From the NCBI GenBank assembly GCA_965232515.1, contig CBDDPY010000002.1, forward strand, positions 4,512,001 through 4,576,000: a stretch of DNA of 64,000 nucleotides, in the 5' to 3' direction. Each line of letters opens with the position of its first letter. Positions within the stretch are counted from its first letter, which is position 1. The stretch is from Alphaproteobacteria bacterium (GTDB lineage: Bacteria > Pseudomonadota > Alphaproteobacteria > GCA-2731375). Positions 18,982 through 28,622 of the stretch are shown piece after piece. Both the position numbers and the translations under genes were made by a program. Below the pieces are notes generated by a model. It made no database searches, was not told the DNA's origin, and saw only the letters and a program-made list of their open reading frames with translations.

Positions 18982-21228
18982 TTAGCTCGTTGATCGGTCG
19001 AGTGTTTGGCGGATTTTTCGCGCCAGTTCCTGCTTGTGATAGGGCTTGCGAAGCAGCTCGGCCGTGCTCGCTTCGCCATCCTCGCCGGTCACAGTCTCCG
19101 CGGCGTAGCCGGAGGTGTGCAGGACGCGCAAATTCGGCTCGTTCGCCTGGGCGCGCCTGGCAAGCTCGACGCCGTTCATGCCGCCCGGCATGATGATGTC
19201 GCTGAACAGAAGATCGACGTGCTTGGTCTGCGCCAGAACGGCAAGGGCATTGGCGCCATTGTCAGCCTCGATCACCCGATAACCCAGCTCCGACAACAGG
19301 GATGTGGCGACCTGCCGGACCGCGGCGTCGTCTTCGACGACAAGAATTGTCTCAGTGCCGCCGATGATCGTGGTGTCGTCGTCCGCCTCAGGCCGCCGTT
19401 GCACGGCCCCAACCTGGTCCCGGTCGGCGCTTGGCAGGTAGAGCTCGATCGTCGTCCCGTGGCCTTCGACGCTGTCGATACGGACCTGGCCGCCGGATTG
19501 CTTGACGAAGCCATAGACCATGCTGAGGCCGAGGCCGCTGCCCTTGCCGACCTCCTTGGTCGTGAAGAACGGCTGCACGACCTTCGCCATGATATCGGCC
19601 GGTATGCCGTGTCCCGTGTCGGCGACCTTAAGCACGACATAGTCTCCAGGGACCATGTCCTCGGCATTCGGCAGATCGCCGCTGCCGATGTGTACGTTAT
19701 CGGTCGAGATCTTCAGCTCACCGCCGTTCGGCATCGCGTCGCGCGCGTTGATCGCCAGGTTGAGGACGGCGGTCTCGAGCTGGCTGGGATCGATCTTGAT
19801 CTTCCAGAGATCCTCGGCGATTTCGAGCGTCATCTCGACGGTCGCGCCGAGCGTGTGGCGCAGCAGGCTGCGCAATCCCTGGAGCAGCTCATTGCTATCG
19901 ATGACCTCGGGCTCGAGGGACTGTTGTCGCGAAAACGCCAGCAATCGCGTTGTCAGTTCGGCCCCCCGCCCGGTCGCGTCCAGGGCGGCCCGCAGGCGCC
20001 GTTGGGCCTTCTCATCGTCGTCGATATTGCGCTCGAGCAGTTGCAGGTTGCCCAGCACGACGGCCAGAAGATTGTTGAAGTCATGCGCCAGGCCGCCGGT
20101 AAGCTGGCCGACCGCTTCCATCTTCATGGCCTGCCGCAGTTTGGCCTCCGTCGATCTGCGCTCGGTCGCATCCGTGCTCATGATCACGACGCCGCGAACC
20201 CGGCCACTGCGGCGCAAAAGCGGCTGATAGGTGATTTCGACATCGCGGGTCTTGCCGTCGGGATAGTCGACGGATGCCTCGAAGCTGTGCGCGCGGCCTT
20301 CACGCATGGCCTGCAGGTGCGGCAGCAGCGCGTCCCGCATGGCCGCTGTCAGGACCTCGGAGAAGTGCTTGCCGATGACCTGCTCGCCGACGCAGTCGTG
20401 CCATTGCTCGAACGTCAGGTTGACGAAGCGGAAGCGCCCGCCGAGATCGACCTGGCCGATCGACACTGGCAGCGAATCCGCGATCACGCGCAACCGTTGT
20501 TGGCTGCGTCGCAGCGCCTTCTCCGCACGCTTCAAGTCGGTGACGTCGGTCAACACCGTCATCGACCTGAGGAAGGCGCCGGTGGCGTCGCGCTCGGACG
20601 TCGACGACAACAGCATGTCGACGACCTCGCCGTCCTTCTTGACGAATTGCAGTTCGACGTCGCGGCAGACGCCGTCCCGCAGGAACGTTGGCAGCACGTC
20701 GATTTCGGTATAGCGGGCGGAGGCCTTGGTCAGAAAGTCGGTGGTTTTCCGACCGATTACCTCGTCGCGCCGGTAGCCCAGATGCTGCAGCCAGTACTCG
20801 CTCACCGCGACGATCTCGCCATTGCCGTCGATCGAGTGCATCATCGCCGGCGTTCGGGCGAACAGGCTGAGCTCCGATGTTTCGTCACATGACGAGGGCT
20901 GTGGGTCCGCCGGCGATCCGCCGAACAGATCCCGCAGCCGGGCGCCGAAGGGCGTCAGGAATACCATGCCTGCCGTGGCGACGGGCATCGCCATCTCGTG
21001 AGCGGGGCCATACCGGCCAAACCACGCCGCGGCGCCCGCGAGCGCGGCCAGTACGGTTCCGGCGACAAGCCGCCTGTCGCGCCGAAACGACCCTCGTTGG
21101 CAGATCGGCCGGAGCGGATATCCGTCGAATCGGTTATCGCCGGCACGGATTGTGTGGCGATGTTCCGAACCGATCGACAGACCCCGTATCAGCCGGCCGG
21201 GCTGATATGTCGATCGGCGCGTATTCAT
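18982..21228 (-). CDS. Hybrid sensor histidine kinase (hydrophobic N-terminus, 2 PAS, HisKA, HATPase, REC)
   Basis: [39 protein letters not shown]-terminal REC (LFSDIIMP). Confidence 0.92.
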   Translation of the reverse strand: MNTRRSTYQPGRLIRGLSIGSEHRHTIRAGDNRFDGYPLRPICQRGSFRRDRRLVAGTVLAALAGAAAWFGRYGPAHEMAMPVATAGMVFLTPFGARLRDLFGGSPADPQPSSCDETSELSLFARTPAMMHSIDGNGEIVAVSEYWLQHLGYRRDEVIGRKTTDFLTKASARYTEIDVLPTFLRDGVCRDVELQFVKKDGEVVDMLLSSTSERDATGAFLRSMTVLTDVTDLKRAEKALRRSQQRLRVIADSLPVSIGQVDLGGRFRFVNLTFEQWHDCVGEQVIGKHFSEVLTAAMRDALLPHLQAMREGRAHSFEASVDYPDGKTRDVEITYQPLLRRSGRVRGVVIMSTDATERRSTEAKLRQAMKMEAVGQLTGGLAHDFNNLLAVVLGNLQLLERNIDDDEKAQRRLRAALDATGRGAELTTRLLAFSRQQSLEPEVIDSNELLQGLRSLLRHTLGATVEMTLEIAEDLWKIKIDPSQLETAVLNLAINARDAMPNGGELKISTDNVHIGSGDLPNAEDMVPGDYVVLKVADTGHGIPADIMAKVVQPFFTTKEVGKGSGLGLSMVYGFVKQSGGQVRIDSVEGHGTTIELYLPSADRDQVGAVQRRPEADDDTTIIGGTETILVVEDDAAVRQVATSLLSELGYRVIEADNGANALAVLAQTKHVDLLFSDIIMPGGMNGVELARRAQANEPNLRVLHTSGYAAETVTGEDGEASTAELLRKPYHKQELARKIRQTLDRSTS
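19499..19575. repeat. Near-identical copy (1 mismatch) of 21733..21809, shared by the two hybrid kinase genes
   Basis: TGCTTGACGAAGCCATAGACCATGCTGAGGCCGAGGCCGCTGCCCTTGCCGAC... occurs at offset 2234; further identical blocks at 20041/22275. Confidence 0.85.
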
Positions 21229-24113
21229 GACAAGGGTTGATCCAGCACCCGGCGAACCTTTCGAGCCAGTTCCTCTTTCCGATACGGTTTGCTCAGCAAC
21301 GCGTTCGTGCTGCCGATTTTGCCGTCGCGGGTTACCGCCGCCTCGGCATAGCCCGACGTGTGCAGCACGCGCAGGCCCGGATGCCGGTCGCGGGCCTGGA
21401 TGGCCAGCTCGGCGCCATTCATGCCGCCCGGCATGATGATGTCGCTGAACATCAGATCGATGCCCTCGTTTCGCTGCAGCGCCGCCAGCGCGTCGGCGCC
21501 GTTCTCGGCCTCCAGCACGCGATAGCCGAGATCCTCCAGCAGCGAGACCGCCATTTGCCGGACCGCCGGATCGTCCTCAACGACAAGAATGGTCTCGTCG
21601 CCGCCCTTGATCGGCTGTTCGGCCTTGTCTGTCTTTTCCAGATCGACGGTGTCGGTCGTCTCGCGCGGCAGGTAGATCTTGACCGAGGTGCCGTGGCCTT
21701 CTTCGCTGTAGATCCGGATGTGGCCGCCGCTCTGCTTGACGAAGCCATAGACCATGCTGAGGCCGAGGCCGCTGCCCTTGCCGACATCCTTGGTCGTGAA
21801 GAACGGCTGGAACACCTTGGCGACGAGGTCCTTGGGTATGCCGGTGCCGGTGTCGGAAACGGCGACCATGGCGTAGTCGCCGGCTTCGACGTCGCTGAAC
21901 TGGGCGACATAGGTCTCGTCGAGTCGTTCGTTCGCGGTCTCGATGGTCAGCTTGCCCCCTTCGGGCATGGCGTCGCGGGCGTTGATCGCCAGGTTCAGTA
22001 CTGCGGTTTCGACCTGGTTCGGATCGGCCTTCGTCAGCCACAGGTCCTCGGCGCAGACCATGTTCAGCTCCACCGTCTCGCCCAACGTCCGGCGCAGCAG
22101 CGTCTTCATGTCGGTGACCAGGTCGTTGATGTCGATGGTTTTCGGCTCGAGCGTTTGCCGACGCGAGAAGGCCAGCAGGCGCTTCGTCAGCTCGGCGCCC
22201 CGTTCGGTCGCATCCAGCGCGGCCCGCGAACGGCGGACGGCCTTCTCGTCGTCCTTGATGCTGCGTTCCAGCAATTGCAGGTTGCCCAGCACGACGGCCA
22301 GAAGGTTGTTGAAGTCGTGCGCCAGGCCGCCGGTGAGCTGGCCGACCGCCTCCATTTTCTGGGCCTGCTGCAGCTGGGCTTCCGTGGCCTTGCGCTCGGT
22401 GGCGTCGGTCGCCATGACGACAAAGCCATCGACGCTGCCGTCGTCGCGCCGCAGCGCCAGGCAGGTCGTTTCCACTTCGCGGGTCTTGCCGTCGGGATAG
22501 GTCAGCGTCGCCTCGAAACTCAGGTCTTCACCTTCGTTCGCGGCCGCCATATGCGGATTGAGGATATCGCGCATATCTGGCGTCAGCAGCGAATCGAACT
22601 GCTCGCCGTCGATGTTGCGATTACCGCACTGGTACCATTCGCAGAACGTCCGGTTGGCGAAGCGGATGTGCCCGCTCTCGTCGAGGTAGCAGATCAGAAC
22701 CGGCAGGGAATCGGCGATCAGGCGCATCTGGCGTTCGCTCTGCCGCAGCGCGCGCTCGGCGTTGTTCCGCTCGGTGACGTCGATCAGCACCGATCGTGAA
22801 CGGGCGACGGCGCCGTCCTCGTCGCGTTCCGCCGTGGCGGACAGCGATATGTCGATGATGCTGCCGTCCTTCTTGAAGAACTGATAGCCGACATTGCTCA
22901 AAACGCCGGTTTTGAAGAACTCGGGCAGGAACGTTTGTTCTGCGTGCCGCCGCGAGCCTTCCGTCAGGAAATCGCTGAGTTTGCGGCCGATCACCTCGTC
23001 CCGCGCGTAGCCGAGGTATTCCAGCCAGTAGTCGCTGACCGCCACCAGGCGGCCATTCCGGTCGATCGAATGCAGCATGACCGGCGTGTTGTTGTAGAGC
23101 ACGCGATAGCGCTCCTCGCTTTCGCGCAGCCGCCGTTCGGCCTCGATACGTTCGGTAATGAATTCGGTGAACACCACGACGCCGCCCGCGTCGCCGTCGG
23201 CATGGGTCCAGGGCTGCAGTTTCCAGCGCACCCATTCGCTGCTGCCGTCGGGGCGGTGGATCTGATCTTCCTCGCCGTGCAACACCTCGCCGGTCAGGCA
23301 GCGCTCCAGGCGCGGCAGCCACTCAGCCGCTTGCTCGCCGAAGACATCTTCGTAGCTGCGGCCGATGACGTCGTCTTCCGACAGCCCGTAATCGTCGAGC
23401 CAACGCTCGCTCACCATCAGGTATTGCAGCGTCGTGTCCACGATGGCGATCGCGGCCGGGGCATAGTCGATGAACAGCCGCAGCTTGTTCTCGGTGGCGA
23501 TCAGGCGGTTTTCCGTCTCCTGCCGCATCATGACCTCGGACAGGACGTCGCTGGTCGAGTAGCGGATTTCCAACTGCTCGATGACGACGTCGGCAAGGTC
23601 GGTCAGGATTTGCTTTTCATCCTCGCTAAGCGCCTCGCGTGGCTCGGTATCGATGGCGCAGAGCGTGCCGATCCTGTGTCCGGTCGGCGTCTTCAACGGC
23701 GCGCCGGCATAGAACCGGATATGCGGCTCGCCTGTGACCAGCGGGTTGTCGGCGAAGCGTGGGTCCGCCGTCGCGTCCGTTACCACCATGACGTCGTCAT
23801 CCAGGATCGCATGAGCGCAGAACGCGAATTTGCGGTCGGTCTGCGTCGTGTCCAGTCCATGGCGGGCTTTGAACCATTGTCTCAGATCGTCTACGAACGA
23901 AACCAGGGCGATTGGCGCGTTCAGCGTCCGCGCGGCCAATCTGGCGATGCGATCGAAGGTCGGCTCGGACGGCGTATCCAGGATCGCGTAGCGCTGCAGC
24001 GCCGCGAGACGTTGCTCCTCGTCAGGCGGCGGTGCGACAGGTCCGGCCATGTCACGATCGTGCGGCTGGTCCGGGTTCGAGCAAGACGCAGGGTTGTTCA
24101 CCAAACCAGTCAC
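21225..24113 (-). CDS. Hybrid sensor histidine kinase (GAF, 3 PAS, HisKA, HATPase, REC); start may be slightly downstream
   Basis: GAF (EEQRLAALQRYAILDT, IRFYAGAPL), PAS repeats, AHDFNNLL H-box, REC; ATGA overlap with the downstream kinase. Confidence 0.94.
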   Translation of the reverse strand: MTGLVNNPASCSNPDQPHDRDMAGPVAPPPDEEQRLAALQRYAILDTPSEPTFDRIARLAARTLNAPIALVSFVDDLRQWFKARHGLDTTQTDRKFAFCAHAILDDDVMVVTDATADPRFADNPLVTGEPHIRFYAGAPLKTPTGHRIGTLCAIDTEPREALSEDEKQILTDLADVVIEQLEIRYSTSDVLSEVMMRQETENRLIATENKLRLFIDYAPAAIAIVDTTLQYLMVSERWLDDYGLSEDDVIGRSYEDVFGEQAAEWLPRLERCLTGEVLHGEEDQIHRPDGSSEWVRWKLQPWTHADGDAGGVVVFTEFITERIEAERRLRESEERYRVLYNNTPVMLHSIDRNGRLVAVSDYWLEYLGYARDEVIGRKLSDFLTEGSRRHAEQTFLPEFFKTGVLSNVGYQFFKKDGSIIDISLSATAERDEDGAVARSRSVLIDVTERNNAERALRQSERQMRLIADSLPVLICYLDESGHIRFANRTFCEWYQCGNRNIDGEQFDSLLTPDMRDILNPHMAAANEGEDLSFEATLTYPDGKTREVETTCLALRRDDGSVDGFVVMATDATERKATEAQLQQAQKMEAVGQLTGGLAHDFNNLLAVVLGNLQLLERSIKDDEKAVRRSRAALDATERGAELTKRLLAFSRRQTLEPKTIDINDLVTDMKTLLRRTLGETVELNMVCAEDLWLTKADPNQVETAVLNLAINARDAMPEGGKLTIETANERLDETYVAQFSDVEAGDYAMVAVSDTGTGIPKDLVAKVFQPFFTTKDVGKGSGLGLSMVYGFVKQSGGHIRIYSEEGHGTSVKIYLPRETTDTVDLEKTDKAEQPIKGGDETILVVEDDPAVRQMAVSLLEDLGYRVLEAENGADALAALQRNEGIDLMFSDIIMPGGMNGAELAIQARDRHPGLRVLHTSGYAEAAVTRDGKIGSTNALLSKPYRKEELARKVRRVLDQPLS

Positions 24114-24274
24114 CTAACTGAGCGGATAGTAAGACCCCCGTCTCGGGTCCCGGTTTTAACCAAACCGCGTTAAGAACTTCTTGATCATGCGCGCCGATGG
24201 CGGTCGCTGTCGGGATCGGGATCGGACTGGTATGTTGTCGCCGGAATTGCTTGGAGGCCGCGCGGGAGTGGGAC

Positions 24275-25033
24275 ATGGCACAGCCGGATTTAAGCCTGAT
24301 GGGCATGGACGATGCCGAGTGGCAGATGCGCTGCGACCTGGCCGCGCTTTACCGCATTATCGATCTGCTCGGTTGGACCGACCTGATCTATACCCACATG
24401 TCGGCCCGGATACCGGGCCAGCCCGAGCACTTCCTGATCAATCGCTATGGCGAGCTGTTCGAGGAAGTGACCGCGTCGAGCCTGGTGAAGGTCGATTTCG
24501 ACGGCAACGTCGTCGGCGCCGAGGGGCGCTTCAACCCGGCCGGCTTCAACATCCATAGCGGGGCCTATCTGGCCCGTCCGGATGTCGCCTGCGTGATCCA
24601 CCTGCATACCAAGGCGTCGATTGCGGTGGCGGCGCAAAAGGACGGCTTGCTGCCGATCAGCCAGCATTCGCTGATGGTGCTGGGGGTGCTGGGCTACCAC
24701 GACTATGACGGACCCGGCGTCCTCGAAGAGCGCGAGGCCGTGGGCCGCGACTGCGTCGGTCATGACCTACTGATTCTCCGTAATCACGGCCTGTTGGGCA
24801 TGGGCACGACGCTGCAGATGGCATTCAAGCGGATCTACTATCTGCAGCGGGCTTGCGAGATACAGATCGATGCGCTCGCCGGCGGCCGCGCGCTCGAACT
24901 GATTCCCGACGACGTCCAACAGGCGACGTTCAAACTCTGGCGGGAACGCTTCGCCACCGGCGTCCAGGGCGAGGTCGAGTGGGAGACGATGCTGCGCAAG
25001 CTCGACCGTGACGGGTCCGACTATCGCCGCTAG
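24275..25033 (+). CDS. Class II aldolase/adducin family protein
   Basis: RCDLAALYR, THMSAR, IHS, HLHT and LRNHG zinc-ligand motifs. Confidence 0.92.
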   Translation: MAQPDLSLMGMDDAEWQMRCDLAALYRIIDLLGWTDLIYTHMSARIPGQPEHFLINRYGELFEEVTASSLVKVDFDGNVVGAEGRFNPAGFNIHSGAYLARPDVACVIHLHTKASIAVAAQKDGLLPISQHSLMVLGVLGYHDYDGPGVLEEREAVGRDCVGHDLLILRNHGLLGMGTTLQMAFKRIYYLQRACEIQIDALAGGRALELIPDDVQQATFKLWRERFATGVQGEVEWETMLRKLDRDGSDYRR

Positions 25034-26799
25034 CCGGACGGGCGGGTCATGGCCCTGAGCGCATCGATCGGGTTGCTTTGCGGGGGTGTGTCCGCTTCGG
25101 GCGGTGTGGGATCCGTGGGCGCGTCGGCGGCTGGTTCTGCCGCCGCGGCTGCGTCGGGCGCCTGCGCGTCGGGCAACAGGTCGGCGGCCACATAGTGGTT
25201 CTGCCGCCGCTGCTCGCGCCAGCGCTGGACGGTATCGGCGACGAAATCGATGCCTTCCTTGTCGAACTGCCAGCCGACGGAGAAGTCAGCGCTCTCGCTG
25301 CGCGGCTGGTGCGCCGGGTGCAGGTCGGCCAGATGCACGCGCATGGGCAGGCTGACGCCGACGCCCATGACCAGGGCCTCCTGCACGCGCAGTTCCGGCA
25401 GCGCGCTGATCAGGCCGGCCGCCGTCTCGGGCAGCGAGCGGGCGACGAACCGCTGGTCGGCGTCGTTGTTCATGCGCAGCGCGAACAGCGTGCCGCACTG
25501 CGACAGGATGCTGGACGACAGCTCGGACGGCCGCTGCGTCACCAGACACAGCGAGACGCCGTATTTGCGGCCCTCCTTGGCGATGCGGGTGATCGCGCGC
25601 TTGGTCGATTCGAAGCCCACCGACTCGTCCTGCGGGATATAGCGGTGCGCTTCCTCGCAGACCAGCAGGATCGGCTGTGCCCGGTCGCGGTCGGACCATA
25701 GGGCGAAGTCGAAGATCACACGGCAGAACACCGAGACCACGACGTCGACCACCTCGGACGGCACGCCGGAGATGTCGATGATGGTCATCGGCTTGCCTTC
25801 GACCGGCATGCGCAACAGCCGCGACAGGATCGGCGCCAACTCGTCGCGCACGATGCGGCCGGGGAACATGAAGCCGAACCGCTTGTCGTTGTTCAGGCTC
25901 TCCAGCCGCCGCTTCAGCCGCAGATAAGGGATCGAGTTGTCCGGCTTGTCGAGCTTGCCCATGGCGTCGTCGATGGTTTTGATCAGATCGCCCAGGCGAT
26001 AGGGCACGGGCGTGTCGACCGTGATCAGCCCGTTGTCGGCCTGATCGCCGGCATGCAGGCGCTTGGCCTGCAGAATGGCGTCGCGCAGGATCGCGATCTG
26101 CGCCTCGCGCTGCGCCCGGTCACCGCCCTTCACCAGAACCGCGACGGCCTCCTCGAAATCCAGCAGCCAGTGCGGCAGCTGCAGCGAGGCCACATCGATG
26201 ACCTCGGCGATGTCGCCGAACGCCTTGCCGTATTCCGCGTGCGCGTCCAGCAGCACGACATGGCCGTTGGCGTGCGCCGACAGGATCGACCGCAGGATCA
26301 GCGCCAGGGTGCAGGACTTGCCCGAGCCGGTCGTGCCCAGCACGGCGAAATGCTTGCCCAGCAGCGCGTCGATCATCAGGTGGGCTGGGATATTGCGGTC
26401 CTGATAGACCGTGCCGATCGGCACCGTCGAATCGGACGGCCGGGCATAGACCCGCGCGATGTCGGTCGAATCGGCCTTGTCGACATTGCTGCCCAGGGTC
26501 GGATGTACCGAAACGCCGACCTGGAAGCGACCGGCATCGTCGCCGGCGGTCATAACCTCGCCCAGCAGGTCGATCAGGACCGTATCCATGGGCGTCGCGG
26601 CCGCCGCGGCGCCATTGCCGGCTTCCCGCGTCAATCTGTCGACGACGCCGTAGACGATGGATTCCGACGTGCTCATCTTGACGAGATCGCCGATGCGGAG
26701 TTCCGCCGCGGCGCCGTTGGCGCCGGCATCCAGGCTGGCGGTCACGTGGGCGCCCGAAACCGACATGATACGACCGATATGCCCGACTTCACCCGTCAT
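25030..26799 (-). CDS. HerA/FtsK-superfamily ATPase (HAS-barrel + DUF87-type)
   Basis: HFAVLGTTGSGKS Walker A, LVCEEAHRY Walker B, IAKEGRKYG, TQRPSEL. Confidence 0.9.
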   Translation of the reverse strand: MTGEVGHIGRIMSVSGAHVTASLDAGANGAAAELRIGDLVKMSTSESIVYGVVDRLTREAGNGAAAAATPMDTVLIDLLGEVMTAGDDAGRFQVGVSVHPTLGSNVDKADSTDIARVYARPSDSTVPIGTVYQDRNIPAHLMIDALLGKHFAVLGTTGSGKSCTLALILRSILSAHANGHVVLLDAHAEYGKAFGDIAEVIDVASLQLPHWLLDFEEAVAVLVKGGDRAQREAQIAILRDAILQAKRLHAGDQADNGLITVDTPVPYRLGDLIKTIDDAMGKLDKPDNSIPYLRLKRRLESLNNDKRFGFMFPGRIVRDELAPILSRLLRMPVEGKPMTIIDISGVPSEVVDVVVSVFCRVIFDFALWSDRDRAQPILLVCEEAHRYIPQDESVGFESTKRAITRIAKEGRKYGVSLCLVTQRPSELSSSILSQCGTLFALRMNNDADQRFVARSLPETAAGLISALPELRVQEALVMGVGVSLPMRVHLADLHPAHQPRSESADFSVGWQFDKEGIDFVADTVQRWREQRRQNHYVAADLLPDAQAPDAAAAAEPAADAPTDPTPPEADTPPQSNPIDALRAMTRPSG

Positions 26800-27026
26800 G
26801 GCGGCCACCCCGATTTCCAGTTGGGATCTCTGAAAACCGCCCGATTTCGGCGGTCTGGGGTCAATTTTGGAACAGCATGGTTGATATCGGGTTACGGCTT
26901 TGTCGATGCCCGATACGGACCTTCGGGCGGCAATTCCGGGTATTGGCGGCCCCCCGATCACCTTGATGACCGCCGGGTGCGCTGTTAAGTGAGCAATAGG
27001 CGGAACGATCAGGAGAGGGAGCCCGC

Positions 27027-27995
27027 GTGACCGAGAGGATAGCGGAGCGGACGCGTCGATACCTGCCCGGCACGACGGGCCGGCGGACGGCTGCCGGCAT
27101 CGGCCTGGCGCTGCTGCTGGTGGCGGTCTTCTATTATCCGGTCGGCATGCTGCTGACGCACACGATCGATGACGATCCGGCGTTCCGGCCGTCAGCGGCC
27201 GAGCTTCCGCAAAACGGCAGCCGCGCCGTGGCCATGGCGACGGCGCTGCTCGACCGCGAGATCAATCAGCACCGCTGGGTCGCGAACGATCCTTTTTTCC
27301 TGCCCCCGGCGGCGCTCGACAACATGCCCAATTTTCAGCAGGGCATCGTCTCGGCCTTGGCCCGCTTTGCCTTCGAACTGACCGACCAGATCGGCCGCAC
27401 GCGCGGCTCCAGCCAAACCGATGCCGACCTGCAGGAAGCCGCCGGTCAGTTGCAGTATTCCGGCAAGATCTGGGTTTTCGACCTGTCGACGTCGCTGGCG
27501 CCGACGACGACGTCGGAAGCGCGTTACCGCAAGGCCCGCGAGTCTCTGTTGCGATACAACGAGCGTCTGGCCGCGGGCTCGGCGGTGTTCGAGCGGCGGT
27601 CCGACAACCTGCTGGCGACGCTGGACCGGATCGCGCTCGATCTCGGTTCGTCGTCGGCGTCGATCGACGACCATATCGCCGAGCGTTCCGGCCTGTTCAT
27701 CGACACGCGCGGCGACGATCTGTTCTACAGCGTCAAGGGTCAAACCTATGCCTACTACCTGCTGCTACGCGAACTCGGCGCCGATTACGGCAATGTCATT
27801 TCCGAGCGCGATTTGAGCAGCGCCTACGCCCAGATGCTCGACAACATGCGCGACGCGGCGATGCTGGATCCGTGGGTCGTCGTCAACGGCAAGCCCGACG
27901 GCCAGTTCATGCCTTCGCATCTGGCGGCGCAGGGCTTCTATCTGCTGCGCGCACGAACCCGGTTGCGGGAAATTACGAACATTCTACTCAAGTAA
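27027..27995 (+). CDS. DUF2333 family membrane-anchored protein
   Basis: N-terminal TM; NDPFF..LDNMPNFQQG, GRTRGSSQTDADL, DDLFY, SHLAAQGFYLLRA. Confidence 0.8.
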   Translation: MTERIAERTRRYLPGTTGRRTAAGIGLALLLVAVFYYPVGMLLTHTIDDDPAFRPSAAELPQNGSRAVAMATALLDREINQHRWVANDPFFLPPAALDNMPNFQQGIVSALARFAFELTDQIGRTRGSSQTDADLQEAAGQLQYSGKIWVFDLSTSLAPTTTSEARYRKARESLLRYNERLAAGSAVFERRSDNLLATLDRIALDLGSSSASIDDHIAERSGLFIDTRGDDLFYSVKGQTYAYYLLLRELGADYGNVISERDLSSAYAQMLDNMRDAAMLDPWVVVNGKPDGQFMPSHLAAQGFYLLRARTRLREITNILLK

Positions 27996-28101
27996 TACGA
28001 TGGCGCGTTGGGGCTGTCTCGTTACGTGATGGGAGGTATTCGCTCGCCTTGCCGTCCGGCCGTGTCGATGGCAGCATAGCGGTCGGAGGGCGTCATCTCG
28101 A

Positions 28102-28590
28102 ATGACCGATACGACGCGTGCAGATAACCTGCGCCGCAACTTTCTGGTGATCGTCGACGACACGCCGGAATGCCGGCTGGCATTGCGCTTTGCCGGCCGG
28201 CGTGCGAAGCGGACCGGCGGTGGCGTGATGCTGTTGAAGGTGATCGAACCGGCCGACTTCCAGCACTGGATGACGGTGGAAAACCTGATGCGCGAGGAAG
28301 CGCGCGAGGAGGCCGAAGAGCTGTTGCAGACTCTGGCCGCCGAAGTCAGTGATCTGACCGGTATCGTGCCGGAATATCGGATCCGCGAGGGCAACCGGGT
28401 CGATGAAATCCTGGCTTTGATCGAGGAGGAAGAGGGCATCCGCCTGCTGGTTCTGGGCGCGTCCACGGATACCGAGGGGCCCGGCCCGCTGGTCAGCCGG
28501 CTGGCCGGTCAGATGGCCGGTTCGATGCGCATTCCCGTCACCATCGTGCCGGGCAACATGACCCCGGCCGAAATCGACGACGTCACCTGA
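28102..28590 (+). CDS. Universal stress protein
   Basis: FLVIVDDTPEC, LLVLGA, GPGPLV, IPVTIVPG. Confidence 0.9.
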   Translation: MTDTTRADNLRRNFLVIVDDTPECRLALRFAGRRAKRTGGGVMLLKVIEPADFQHWMTVENLMREEAREEAEELLQTLAAEVSDLTGIVPEYRIREGNRVDEILALIEEEEGIRLLVLGASTDTEGPGPLVSRLAGQMAGSMRIPVTIVPGNMTPAEIDDVT

Positions 28591-28622
28591 ACCGATACGC
28601 AGAGCAGTCCCGGGCGAAGTCC

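Noticed and set aside
25030-26799. HerA as part of an anti-phage system (Sir2-HerA, HerA-DUF4297)
   Set aside because: No partner effector gene adjacent and composition resembles the core genome; kept only as an orphan ATPase.
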